A stretch of DNA of 64,000 nt, from positions 178,870,001-178,934,000 of the forward strand of contig OX597816.1 in assembly GCA_951406725.2 (NCBI GenBank), read 5' to 3'. Numbering within the stretch: the first letter of the stretch is position 1; each line of letters starts with the position of its first letter. The notes under the pieces are model-generated. The model was not told the DNA's origin and searched no databases. It worked only from the letters and a program-made list of their open reading frames with translations. The DNA is from Octopus vulgaris. Lineage: Eukaryota. This document shows, in pieces, positions 25,976 through 38,716 of the stretch. A program made the translations under genes and the position numbers.

Positions 25976-26846
25976 GGACGTTTGGGTGGGGGTGGGTTTG
26001 TTGGTAGTTAGTCTCCTCATCAAACTAAGGTAACAATTTTTCTGCAGGTTTTTCATATTGCTGATACTAAAGGTCAAAAGTATTAGGGGGCATTGCAAGT
26101 CATCTCATCCAACACTAGCAATTTCTCCAATCCACAGCTCTGAACTGATTTTTTTCTTTATTAACCCCAGCAGGATTTGAACACAGAGCCCGGAGAGTCA
26201 GAATAGATACTACAAAGTATTCTATAAAACACTGATAGCTCTCTCATCATCATCATCATCATCATCGTTTAGCGTCCGTTTTCCATGCTAGCATTGGTTG
26301 GACGGTTCTACTAGGGTCTGTGAAGCCAGAAGGCTTCATCAGGCCCAGTCAAATCTGGCAGTGTTTCTACAGCTGGATGCCCTTCCTAACGCCAACCACT
26401 CCGAGAGTGTAGTGGGTGCTTTTTACGTGCCACCCGCACAGGTGTCAGACAGAGCTGGCAAACGGCCACGAACGGATGGTGCTTTTTATGTGCCACCGGC
26501 ACGAGGGGCCAGGCGAGGCTGGCAACGGACACGAAACGGGGCGGTGCTGGCAACGGTCGCGAAACGGAAGGTTCTCTTACATGCCACCGGCACTGGTAAC
26601 ACATCTGCAATTTCCATTGATCGATTTCAATTTCGATTCTCTCAATTCTCATATATGTTTTTCTTCTCAATCCTTTCTGTTGAAAAGCATAGGCACGAAA
26701 TGTCAAAAAATTTTCCATTCTTCCGAGCATCAAACTGATACTCCTGCTTGTTATTCCTTCACCTCTCTTTATCTTTTGTTTTCTGTATATTTGAGCTATA
26801 ACTCACACACACACACATATACACATACATTATATATATACACCAT

Positions 26847-27239
26847 CATCATCATCATTGTTCGACCGTGGTCGAGACAATGGAATTTACCATGCTACGC
26901 CAGACTTCACGGTCCATCATGGCATTACGGAGGTCCTGTTGCTGGATGCCTGTATCCCTGGAGATTACATCAGGGTAGGAGAGTGTGCGCCCTCTGGTAT
27001 TGCGAGTAGATGGCTTCCAGAGGAGAAGAGTAGAAATTACTTCTTTTTCAGCTCTACAAAAATGTCCAGCAAACTGGACTCTCCTACCTTTCACAAGAGA
27101 TGACACAGGTGGTAGTTTCCCATATATTTGCATTTTGGTTGGATGGCGCTTCCACAAGAGATTTTGAGCTCTCATAAGGAGGCGAGTGTAGGTTCCATCC
27201 AACCGCCTCTCAAGCTTCTTTGATAACGTCCAATTCTAC
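26847..27239 (-). mobile_element. 5'-truncated young LINE (RTE-X-like RT C-terminus)
   Basis: ORF DGTYTRLLMRAQNLLWKRH...RRVQFAGHFCR...MMDREVWR, (ATG)n tail and 14-bp TSD TATATATACACCAT at 26833-26846 and 27240-27253. Near-identical to the copy at 59333-59746. Confidence 0.85.
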
Positions 27240-27983
27240 TATATATACACCATACATAGTTTACTTTTCTGTTAAGATCAACAAAAAAAGTACTCCATCC
27301 AGTGAGAGATTGTTTGAAGCACACAGTATATAGTTATGAGCTACTAATAGTGTGTGTGTGTGTCCACCATCGCTTGACAACCGATGTTGGTCTGTTTATG
27401 TCCCCGTAACTTAGCAATTCAGCAAAAGAGACTGATAGAATAAGTACTAGGCTTACAAAAAATAAGTCCTGGGGGTCGATTCGTTCAACTAAAGGTGGTG
27501 CTCCAGCATGGCCACAGTCAAATGACTGAAACAAGTAAAAGAATAGAATATATAAATATACATGTATACATATATATAACAATAATAAGGACTGAAAAAT
27601 TCACATCTTTAATTACACCATACAATATTGACAATTATTTCTGTTGTGAGTATATTTAGATACAGAAATTATCAGTCAAATTGATATATCTGCAATTATA
27701 TGTTAACACAAAGTTATCAAGGCAATCTAAAATTGATTAAATTTGAAGTGAACTAAGAAAATATCTCTACTAATAGTTGAATGCATACAAAAAGGAACGT
27801 TAAGAAGAAATATTAATATTCTAAGAAAAGCTGGTTTAATATTTAACTTTTCATGACATAAATAGATGATGAAAAAGTAGAAAATAAACACAGATATTCT
27901 ATGTCACAGCAATTAGAAACATAGAAATTCTACATTACAACAATTAGTTATCTATCTATTATGTGGTGTTATGAGCCAGGCTG

Positions 27984-28170
27984 TGTTGTAGGGAAGGACC
28001 GGAAGTGAGGGAGGAGGCATGTCCTGTCGGAAGTGGGGCCTGTGGGCATGCAGGGTCAGCGAGGCGTGAGTGGCCAGTGCATCAGAGATGCGTTAGACTG
28101 TACAGCGATGGATAACGCACATGGACGTTGAAAGCGACCCATTTCCAAACCAATAGGTCAAACTACTACA
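27984..28170 (+). mobile_element. Probable solo LTR
   Basis: GC-rich 187-bp island in an AT-rich intron with TGTTGTAG...CTACTACA termini and patchy similarity to the LTR at 58251-58389. No TSD found. Confidence 0.5.
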
Positions 28171-28644
28171 ATTCTCTCTTTGCTTCCACCTTTTCCCTCC
28201 TTCACATCACATATTAAATATGAATTCATCCACAAGAGATATTCTCTTGGTTCACTTTGAATTTTCTGTAGCTAAATATGCTGACACAACAGAATCGATC
28301 ATTAGTATTGTATAGTGTAAGATGTGATTTTTCCATTCTTATTTTTTTTTGCTCTTTATATACACATTTCTTGAAATTCTTCTAAATAATATTTGGATCT
28401 ATTTGTCATATGCAAGGAATTACTTGGGATGTTTATTCTACTTGCATTTATTGGTTTCTGATAGTCAGATATAACTAACCAAATTCCTTTAACACTGAAA
28501 TCTTTATTGATATCTGCCTCAATCTTTTAATCTCTTTTACTTCTTATTACATACATATATGTAGAAATAAATACATACATACACAAACATTTCATTATAG
28601 ATTCTTGATTAATTATTTATTTTTTTTTTGTTTGTTTACTGTAG

Positions 28645-28695
28645 CTAATCCAAAATGCCAAGAAAACAGCATGTAAACATAAATTTGGAGAATAA
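28645..28695 (+). CDS. Stand-alone HDAC6-type ZnF-UBP protein, last coding exon
   Basis: Long polypyrimidine acceptor actgtag|CTA. Reads LIQNAKKTACKHKFGE*, matching the HDAC6 C-terminal ..K..AHxxKFGE. Stop at 28693-28695. Confidence 0.9.
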   Translation, partial: LIQNAKKTACKHKFGE

Positions 28696-28847
28696 CCATC
28701 CTTTAGGAGACTATTGGCAAAGAGAAAACACCATAGCAGTATCATCATTATCTAACTGAAATAACCAGTGGTTGATACCTTTCAATGATTGACTTAAATG
28801 TTCCTGTTTCATATTGCAATTGTACCATCTTATTGATGTTCATTTAT

Positions 28848-28879
28848 AATAAAAATCACTAAAACTCCTTGTTAATAAA
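28848..28879 (+). terminator. Candidate polyadenylation signals of the ZnF-UBP gene
   Basis: Two AATAAA hexamers (28848-28853 and 28874-28879), 150-185 nt after the stop codon. Confidence 0.5.
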
Positions 28880-29113
28880 TCCATAACTATCATTACTCCA
28901 ACATGTTTCAACCTTGGCATATAGGGGGCAGCAGTACAATCTCATGGAGACCTATACTGCAATACCCTAAGTGTATTGTAGTAGAAATTATTTTGGACTA
29001 ATCACCAGATTCACTGTTTTTCAGACATCAAAAGTAATGTGCAATTATCACTCTTTTTTTTTTTTTTGTCTCTGATATATATATAAGGTTTAGAGATGAT
29101 GTACAGGTATAAT

Positions 29114-29856
29114 ATATTAGAAGAAATGAGGTACTCAGAAATCTGGTTGGTTTTATATTTACAGATATTTATTAGTATGTTACATGTTTTTATAAATCAT
29201 ATATCATATATTAGCACTTTCGTCCACTCTAGTGGATTTTTCAAATTGAACAAACTTTTTTTAGGAATTTTGACTCTTTTTATAGTATTATTGAGTGTGT
29301 AGGGGTGGAGAGAGATATAAGATAGTACAATAGGGTGAGGAATGGGGAGAAAGTGAGAGAGAGCATGTGTGTGTGTTTTTGTATCTGAATGAAGTGTTAA
29401 AGAAAAAGGAGAGAAAGAAGAAAAAATGTTTTGTTGATATCTTTGCAGCTGGCTAGTCTGTCAATAATAAGCGGTTCTTGGCTTTTAGCAATGGCAGATC
29501 CAGTTGGTTACTCCAAGGGGAACAAAATGGCACTTTTCAAAAAATTGTCTGGATTTCCTTTTTATCATTGTCTTGTGAGAGAGAGTGTGTGAGTGTCTGT
29601 GTATCTGAAAGATGTGTTAAATGGGAAAGGGGAATGAAAGGAAGGAGGAGGAGAGAAAGAAGAAAAAAAATGTGTTTACATTTTTGCAACTGGTCAGTCT
29701 TTCAATAGTAAATGATTCTTGGCTTTTAGAAATGGTAAACTCAGCTGGCCACTTCGAGGGGGGCAAAATGTCACTTCTCAAAAAACATGTAACATACTAA
29801 TAAATATCTAAATATAAAACCATCCAGATTTCTGAGTACCTCATTTTTTCTAATAT
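29114..29856. mobile_element. MITE-like element with about 78-bp TIRs and an internal tandem duplication
   Basis: 29114-29191 (ATATTAGAAGAAATGAGGTACTCAGAAATCTGG...TTACATGTTTTT) is the inverted complement of 29781-29856. An internal unit of about 200 bp is repeated at about 29355-29545 and 29577-29785. Confidence 0.8.
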
Positions 29857-30049
29857 GTAAATATATATAATATAAACTCAGACATTAAATATTTATATCT
29901 ATATATATCTGTCTGTCTCAACAGACAGACATACATTGTCTGGAGGAAAAAATGTTGGTTTCAAATCACAATAAGGTTATGGAGAGAGTAGACTTTGCAT
30001 ATGGCAGATGCAAAGGAGCAATAAACACTAAGAACACATGGAAAGTAGA

Positions 30050-30545
30050 TTTTTTTTGAATGCCCAGGAGGTTTTCTATGGGTAGCAGATAGTGTCAGTT
30101 GCTTAGGTAACCTAATTAGTTGTGGAAGATGTTCTGGAAGTGTAGTCATTAGAATAGGAGGGAAAAAGCTTAGAGAACTCTGTAAAAGGCAAATTGTATG
30201 ATGTTTATGCATGAACAGCAATGCTACATAGTAGTATGACATAGGCCCTGAATGCAGAGGACTTGGAAAGGAATGAAGCTAGCATGCTCTGCTGGAAGTG
30301 CAATGCCAGCATGCATATACAACAAAGTGCAAATCTGTCGAGAGAAAATTTGGGAATGAAGCATCAGATGTGGTGTGCAAGAGAGAAGATTGTGCTGGAA
30401 TGGTCATCTGATGTGTGTGGATGGGGACAACTGCATGAAGAAATATCGATTGCTAAATCTGGATGGAACCTGTGGTAAAGTGAGACCCAAGTATATCTGG
30501 GCTGAAGTAGCAAAGAATGACCTTTGGGTTGTTGAGTTAGTTTCA
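30050..30545 (+). mobile_element. Decayed RTE LINE RT C-terminal fragment
   Basis: Reads RNEASMLCWKCN...RENLG...IRCGVQE..., homologous to the younger RTE at 47100-47760. Confidence 0.65.
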
Positions 30546-33500
30546 TAAAGGAAATGAAGATTGAGGCGCAATGGCCTAGTGGTTAGGGCAGCGGACTCGC
30601 GGTCGCAGGATCGCGGTTTCGATTCTTAGACCGGGCGTTGTGTGTGTTTATTGAGCGAAAACACCTAAAAGCTCTACGAGGCTCCGGCAGGGGGTGGTGA
30701 TCCCTGCTGTACTCTTTCACCACAATGGCGGTGCCCCAGCATGGCCACAGCTCAAGAGCTGAAACTGGAAAAACAAAACAAACATTGGCTATGCTCAAGA
30801 AGACCTGTTCGTTTTTGCAAAATCAAGGCTTTAAAAGCATAATATTTACGTCCATACCCTTGCACTCAATCTAACCTTGATGTGTCTTTTTCACACCTCA
30901 TCATTCTAACACCCACCCCTTCATCAGTCTTCTTACTATGGTACTATTCACCCAGCTGCTGTAATTATATGAAAATTAACATATTCCATCTTCCAATATT
31001 TTGTGCTCATATTCACTCTCCCAAGAACCAATTCCTTTGTCTCCTACATTCTCAGTATTTTCCCATCCCACTATATTTTTCAATGATGCTTCTTTCACCT
31101 CCACTTCCCCCATATACACTCTCCTGTCAATTGCAGCCCCAACTGCTTATGCTCATTTCCCACTATTTCCACTCTTATGTAGTTCTGACCATGACCCTGC
31201 CACTGTGCATCTCACATACCAACCACACCTCACATTACCTGTACTGCCTCCACTGTTTCTCATCCCACAAAAAAAAAAAACAACTGATATTCACCCTTTG
31301 ATATAGCCTGCACCTGTGTTTGCCATTCTCTGCATTCTCCTCTGTCTCCACTCTGTCATTCAGTCACTCACCTTTCACACTCTTACAAACTTACCTATCA
31401 ACTCACCCTGTCAATCCTCTGATACCCCTTTACCACCATCTTTTAGCCATGTATCTCCTTTACTCAAGACATCCATTTCTGTTCCTCTATCAGTTAAAAT
31501 GAAGCCAACCCACTCAGTTGAGGAATCTTGTCTTGTAAGTTTAATTGGTGACCGCTCAAGCACCAGCGATATTTAAAAAGAGCAGTCAATACCCTCTCTG
31601 AAGTGTTGGTATTAGGAAGGGCGTCCAGCTACAGAAACCATCCCAAAGCAGACATTGGAAATTGGCTCAGTCCTCTGCCTTCTCAGCTCCTGTCAAACCA
31701 TCCAGCCCATGACAGTATACAAAACAGCTAAAAGACAACTGCTATACCTCATAGGACATGTAAACAATAGGGACTGAATACTTAGAAGTATTTAGGCACT
31801 TTAAAACAGTAGTTGAATGTTTGAAACAAATGCAGCTTTAAGGGTGAAATGGGATGGCCCTTAAATCCAGATGGAGTCATAGGGGTGCTATTGTGAACTT
31901 GGAGTCCAACCTCTTCTTGTCTAAATACAACAAATTTTTTTTCAGAGAAATGATGAACTGATTCTTTATTAACCACAAGAGTATGAAAGACAAATTTGAC
32001 CATGGCAGGACTTTAGCTCAAAAGCATAGAGAATCAGAACAAATACCCTAAAACATTTTATCTGATACTCTGACAGCTCTGCCAACTTACCCCTAGCTAC
32101 ATAACTTTCAGTAGAAGTTATTAATACAATCAACATTGAAATTAATTTCTATTGATTAGTTTAAAGTGGAAAATCAATGCTGCAGTATTATACATGATTT
32201 GAATTAAGACAGTGAGTGGAGGGAGTTCAAAATTGTTACCATACATGTAGCATTTTGATCTTGAGCAAACTTTATTTCTCAATCTGCAACAGCTGACCTA
32301 CATAATTCATGTTAAGTCATCCATTTTATACAACTGAGAAATGAATTTAAATATTTTTAGAAATCAGTTAAGAGACCAGAGTTCCAGTACAAAAAGAATC
32401 TAAATACTCTAATGCAGCTCTACTTAGCATTTACAAGGACTTCTTTATCATTTAACGTCTGTTTTTCCATGCTGGCATGGGTTGGACAGTTTGACAGGAG
32501 CTGCCCAGGTTCCATTTGTCTGTTTTGGCATGGTTTCTATGGCTGGATGTCTTTCCTAATACCAACCACTTTACAGAGTGTGTTGGGTGCCTTTATGTGA
32601 CACCAACATGAGTGCTTTATAGTAATTTTGTAATGTAGAGAAAGCTGTAAATTATTGAAAACACATTTTGCCAGACAGAATATACCAAAATTTCCAAAAG
32701 AAAACATTAAACCAGCCTCCAGTGCCAGAGCTTTCTAATGTATTGACTGTTGTTATTTAGATGGTATAATTATATACTTCCATGCAATTGTGATCTGCCA
32801 AAATATACCTGATTCAAAGAGGATCCTTCTAAAACAATAAATAACAGTTGACTTCAGCATTTGCATAATCACAATTTGCACAATTAAGTAATTTACCAAT
32901 TTGCTGATTAGTCATCAATCAACAAGGTCAGTAAATAAAAAATTGGTCAAGTTTGGAATCCATGTTTCCTTTATACATTTCTAATACAAGTTGTATTTAT
33001 TGTATTTAACTTGTTTTATACAAGACAAAAGGTGAAATTTTTACAGAAAACCATATTCAATACCTAAAATAGTATATATAAATGAGGGTAGCATGTTGAG
33101 TTAGTTAAAAATAATTGGAATAAACTTACAAAAAGCAATTGGTAGAAAGAGGTGTTGTATGGAATTGTTATTTTGAGAAAGCCTTACAGCTCTATCTGCT
33201 ATTACCACCAATTGTGTATGTAGCAATAAAATTAGTGGTATACGTTACCTGTTGTGTATAAAATAAATTTTCTATGTACAAGGCTTACTAATTGAATAAA
33301 GCAAGGATAAAGGGCTGGGTAATGGAATAATAAGAGTAAACTGTCAAAACTGATAGTATTGGTTTTTTTAGAGTGAAGTTACATCTATGAGAAGGTAAAA
33401 GATGAAAGGGTTTTAATCAGAATTAAACTCTAAATTTAAGATAACGGTGAAAAGTTTGATAAATACACTGAAAACTAGTAGGAAGATAACTTTATATTTT

Positions 33501-34960
33501 AGCGTTCAATACTATGGCATTCAATAGCATGGTATAGTGGATTCTGTAGGTAATGAAGAAGCAAACCAGTAAATGGTTGCACTTTCTTTCTCCCTCACAC
33601 AAAATGGGACTTTTAGCATACAACTGAGAGTGAAATTTATAGCTGACATCTAGCATTATAAAACTAGTAAGATACTTTAGTATCTACCTTGTTAAACTAT
33701 TTAAATGATACATTTTTTGGTTTAATAAAGAACTACAGGATAAATGTTTGCTGCCAAAATTAACAATGGATGAAAGATAGAAAACATCAACACAAAATAT
33801 TTAGAGCAATTTTTGTTTTTTGAGAGGCAATATACCAAAATAAAGTTTGAGTAAACAGGTAAAAAGTGTTTAACGCAAATAACAGGAAAATAATATTTAA
33901 TTCAGCCAGTGAATTTTTATTTCGACAATTAAAATCATAATTATGTTTAAAATAAATATATTTTGTTCACTTACTAAAAGCAAGAGTTCAAAGACAAGAC
34001 ATTAAACAATATTTTTTTTTCTTTCCAAAATGAACAATTTGGCAAAGTTTTAAAGAAATGGCTTAAACCCTAAAATTATTTCACAAAGGTGAGCAATGAT
34101 AAGATTTTCTTTTACAAATTCTTTATGCAACACCATAATACAGAAAGGAAAAAGCCCTGAAACTTCAATGCAATTTTTGCTCTTAATTGGGAAAATAAAC
34201 TACATTTGTCTTTTTCTTAATTCAAGCAAACTTCAGAAACAAACAAAAAATTAAATCAATAAATATAAATTAATGATAGAATTTCTTTATATTAAATTTT
34301 TGTACAAAAATACAAAAATTAGTAAACAATGAGAGGAGGGATGGAAATCTACAAAGGGAAATTTCCTCCATCAGAAAATATATCTACTAGTTTTAACTTC
34401 ACACATTGCCTGTGTAAAAATAATTAAAAGAAATATGCTATAAGATTCAGACCAATTTTCAAAACCTGAACTTTACTCTCTCAATAAAATCAATAAAAGT
34501 CATTTTACATCATATTTTCCATTAAAGCTAAAAAAAAAAAAAATTAAAAAAGTTAAAATTACTGCAGGGAAACTAAAATCTCTTCTTTTTTTCTTTTCTT
34601 GTTATATAAGTATTTAATTTATAATGAGCTTCTTCAGAATTGTATACAATTGGGAAGATATACTATTTAGGTAATTCTCTGTGTGTGTGTGCAGATATAC
34701 ATGTAAAGAGAGGAAGCAAGACACATTCTATTCCAAACCAAATTATATTAACAGAACACTTGAAAAGTAAAAGAAATATATATATAAATACTAATCACAT
34801 CATGTGCAACTGTGTGTAAAGCAGCAATGCATTTAGAACTTCAATTTTCCAGGCTTTACATTTGCTTTTATCCGTTCTAAGATTCATGATCACATTTCAT
34901 ATGGCATTTGTTGAGAAGAAATTTCTAAATGTAACCTTTGGTTTAATTATATACATACAT

Positions 34961-34992
<32 letters not shown>

Positions 34993-37900
34993 GCATACTT
35001 TAAAGCAAAATTATCTTTCTATATATAAGAAAACTATATATATATAAAATTTGCTCACTAAAATACTGTTTATACACAAATAAATGATATATAATATTTC
35101 AGTTAAAAAAAAATTGTTTTATACAAATTCAATTGATGAGGCAGGATAAACTTGCAAGTGTGAGGCCTGACATAAGCGTCAGCCTGAAGCAAGGAATCTA
35201 CATCATAAATACTGGAAGATGTATTCATACATCAACCCAGAAATCAAAATCAGAGATACATGGAAAATTAAACTGTTGTTTACTTGTTGTTTAATCTGCT
35301 CCGGAGTCAGACACCTTGTTATTTGGATATGCCAATGCCTCTAATGCTTAGTTTGGAAGAAAACTGCTCAGACTTATGAAGTGATATGCACATATGCAAT
35401 ATACAGGATGACTTTTATTTGAAACTAAAATATAAAGAAACATTATCTATAGGATGAGGGAGGAACCCAAATAATATACATTAAGAGGTCAAAATTTTAG
35501 GATTATTTAATTAAAATATGAAAATGAATGGAGAAAAACTAGTAGGCTGTGTGACATCTATGGCATAAAATAAGAACTTGTTTCACCAAGCTGTTGATTT
35601 CAACAACAGTTCTGAGTTGGCGATTTGTCAACTCTGCACATTAATTATCACTGCTTGTATTTGGCAGTCTTTCTATTGCTATTATATTAATTATCTATAC
35701 TATATTATCCAATACTATTTGATATCAAATTCTCCTCAAATTCATCATTTACAATAGATGGTTATTATAAGAAACCTCTACTAAAGTATAGTGTTGATAT
35801 AATAGCAAAATGGACGGGATACAATAGCAAATAGATGCTGAGGTTTTAGAATTTAAGCAGCAGCAGAGAGAATGGTGTTTTGTTGTTTTTCAGATAAAGT
35901 CTTTAAAGACTAGAAATTTGAACCAAAGCAACCAAACAAGAACTGTACTGAATTCTTTTATTCTCAGGTTATTAAAATGCCATGGAGATTAAACACTGAT
36001 GACTAATTCCAATGATACTGAAATTTTAGCTTTGTACATGGATGAAGAATAAAAATGAGGGGAAATTTATGATTAAACCTATTGGTTCTGTTTCAGGAAT
36101 ATGGTCATGTTTTTTTTTCTTGTTTTCAGATCAAAAATTATAAATAGCAAGAACAAGATTTTATAATATTTTTGTTCAAAATTCAGAAAAACATTATCCC
36201 ATCAGAGAAACAAAGGAACAAGAATTACATTGGCTCAACAACTCAAGTAAAATGATCAAATTAAATGTTCCAACTAAAAGCCAAAGTCAACATTTCAAAC
36301 ATTTTTCCTATTACTCTTTGATTTATTTTTACTTCTATAATTTTTGGTGAATTAACAAATCTTACATTTCATTTTATTATTTTTGACTTATTTTTTTCTC
36401 AGTGAACTTTAAATTGAAAGCTTTGAGAAGTTTTACTGGGATAAGTTTGAGAAGAAATTTTTATACAACTTAGCAGGGCTAAATATTTCTAACAATACTT
36501 ATGTTACTTGATAACAGTTTTATCATTCCAATAAATTTATAAGTAGATATTTCAGAAGTTAAAAACTGAAGATAATTGATTTGTAAGACAAATAGCATTT
36601 GTTATTATTATAATGAAATTATGGATGCCTCAACATGATTTCATTACTATAGATTAAACATCATTCACTTCAGTAATTTCAGTAGCCTAGGTTAATATAA
36701 ATTAAATACAATTCACAGACTAATTTAACACTATTTAAATGGGTTCTTTACTTTAACCCATTCATTAAAATATGAATATTCTGGTGTGTGTGTGTGTGTG
36801 TGTGTATGTGTGTGATTACATAAATACATATTTGTGTTTCTCTGACAAAATACCTTAACACTAAGTGTTCAGTAGAAATTTAAAAAAACAAAAAGCTTTA
36901 TTGTACTATTTTAGTTATGTACTAAGTGTATATGTTAACTATTACATATGATTTTAAATCAGTGAAAGATAACAGATTCAATTTTGTGTTTATTGTGTGA
37001 TAATAACTTGACTTCAACATTTTATCAATGAAAAATATTTTACAGCAAAACAAAAGTGAATATAAAAAACAAAAAAATATTCATTTTCCATCATCTTTTT
37101 CAAATTTTTTTCTTTTTAATATTTCACAGCCATTCTCCCTTATTCTCAAATATTTGAGAAAATCAGAGTATTGTCATAACACAATGTGCACTCTTAAACT
37201 CATCCCTTCCAACAAAAAGCATTGTAGTTTTATCATGCCTCTTTATAGAGTATGGTTCTGCCACATCTCAAACTTTAATCACCAGTTATTCAGTTTAAAA
37301 CTCTTAGTTTTAATAAAACCCAATTAGTTATATTAATTTTTTTTTAATCTCTCAAAGACTCGAAAAAATGGAAAAAAAGGCAACTTTAATAAGCATTCAG
37401 TAAATAAGTTAGAAACTAAAACTTTGTATTTAACAGAGCAAACGCCAAATGTTAAAATAATTAAATATATAAATAAAAAAAATGAATACATATGAAAGAA
37501 ACAAAAAGATTCATCTTCAAAATAAAACCAATTCAAGCCAATCAATTTATAGGATTCTTTTTTTTTTTTTTTTTTTCAATTTCTTACTCTTAGAGAAAAA
37601 AAAGATTAAGTCAGGCTATGAATTGTAAATAAAGGGGAATCTTTCTTCCTTTGGAACATTAAAGTAATACAGTAGAGGTTTTCATTTAAATAAGTGAAAG
37701 CTTTTCGTCTGAACTGTCACCTTGAAATGGAGTGATAGCTGCTATTAATATAAGTAAATTAATAATTAATATTTATAGCTGCTATCTCACTGAATGACAG
37801 CAGCAAATAGACAATGAAAAATTTAATAAAAGAAATAAAGGAGAAGTTGTTAGCAGAAACCACCATCAATATCATCCCCAATGTTAGTTAGATGACAGGG

Positions 37901-38179
37901 CAAAACAATGCTTTCAAACTGCCTCAAGAAGTCAGCATGACTGAAGGAATACATTCAACACATGTCTTCTTACCCTTGATAAAACAAACATATGAACCAA
38001 GCGGGACAGAAGTGAACCACTGGTGATACCCAGTTTACCTGAATAAAAGAGACGTCTTTTTTTTTGCCACACCTTCACACAATATTTTACCACATTGCTA
38101 AAGATATGTCATTACAGATTTTCCATGTTGCTTTTTACTTTACATTTCCTTTCAATTCTCCATATCTTAATAACAAGCA

Positions 38180-38716
38180 TTACAAATATCTCAGTTTGGA
38201 AATATATAATGGTGCAGTCAAATTTTTTCCTGATATTCTCTCTTTATTCAACACACCAAAAACTTGTTGTCGGGCAGTGTAATGTTTTGTGTTAAAGTTA
38301 AACAAAAGTCCGAGGATAACATTCAAAGCAGACATGTCATAACGATGACAACCTGAATAACGGAACAAAGGTTTACGCTGGTAATTGCAACCAACATTCT
38401 GAGCCCCTGTCGGACTAATACACTCTTGTGTCAGTGCACACCGTACCCATGGTAACATCAATTCATGGTGGATGCGATCCAGGTTGAATACAATTAGGTG
38501 AGATGACTCAACTGCTCGATGGAAATAATAATTTTCTGGCTTTGTTTTAAAATACTGAAACATTTTAGGGTGAGTTAATGACGATGTTGGTTCTTTAATA
38601 GTCCAAGCAACAAGACCTATAGTTTGGGCCTGCGTCACACTCTGGTTCATCTTGTTAGTTATGAAATGCTCTGAGCTGTCAGCCCAAATAACTCCACCAT
38701 AGCGATTCAGTATTTC
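38180..38716 (-). CDS. DUF1647-like type II membrane protein (possible glycosyltransferase-related), last coding exon
   Basis: Acceptor tttcag|GAA at 38716. Reads EILNRYGGVIWADSS...THPKMFQYF...PWVRCALTQECISPTGA...YSGCHRYDMSALNVIL...*, with the DUF1647 motifs WxDxS, WxxCAL and GCHRYDxSALN. Confidence 0.88.
   Translation of the reverse strand, partial: EILNRYGGVIWADSSEHFITNKMNQSVTQAQTIGLVAWTIKEPTSSLTHPKMFQYFKTKPENYYFHRAVESSHLIVFNLDRIHHELMLPWVRCALTQECISPTGAQNVGCNYQRKPLFRYSGCHRYDMSALNVILGLLFNFNTKHYTARQQVFGVLNKERISGKNLTAPLYISKLRYL

Noticed and set aside
26298-27009. Overlapping ORFs of 115-197 aa
   Set aside because: They run through RTE 3' UTR repeats, microsatellites and the antisense strand of a LINE fragment.
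30850-31520. Several C/T-rich ORFs of 60-139 aa (similar ones at 62945-63296)
   Set aside because: Most likely the antisense strand of old LINE relics; low-complexity translations with no splice signals.
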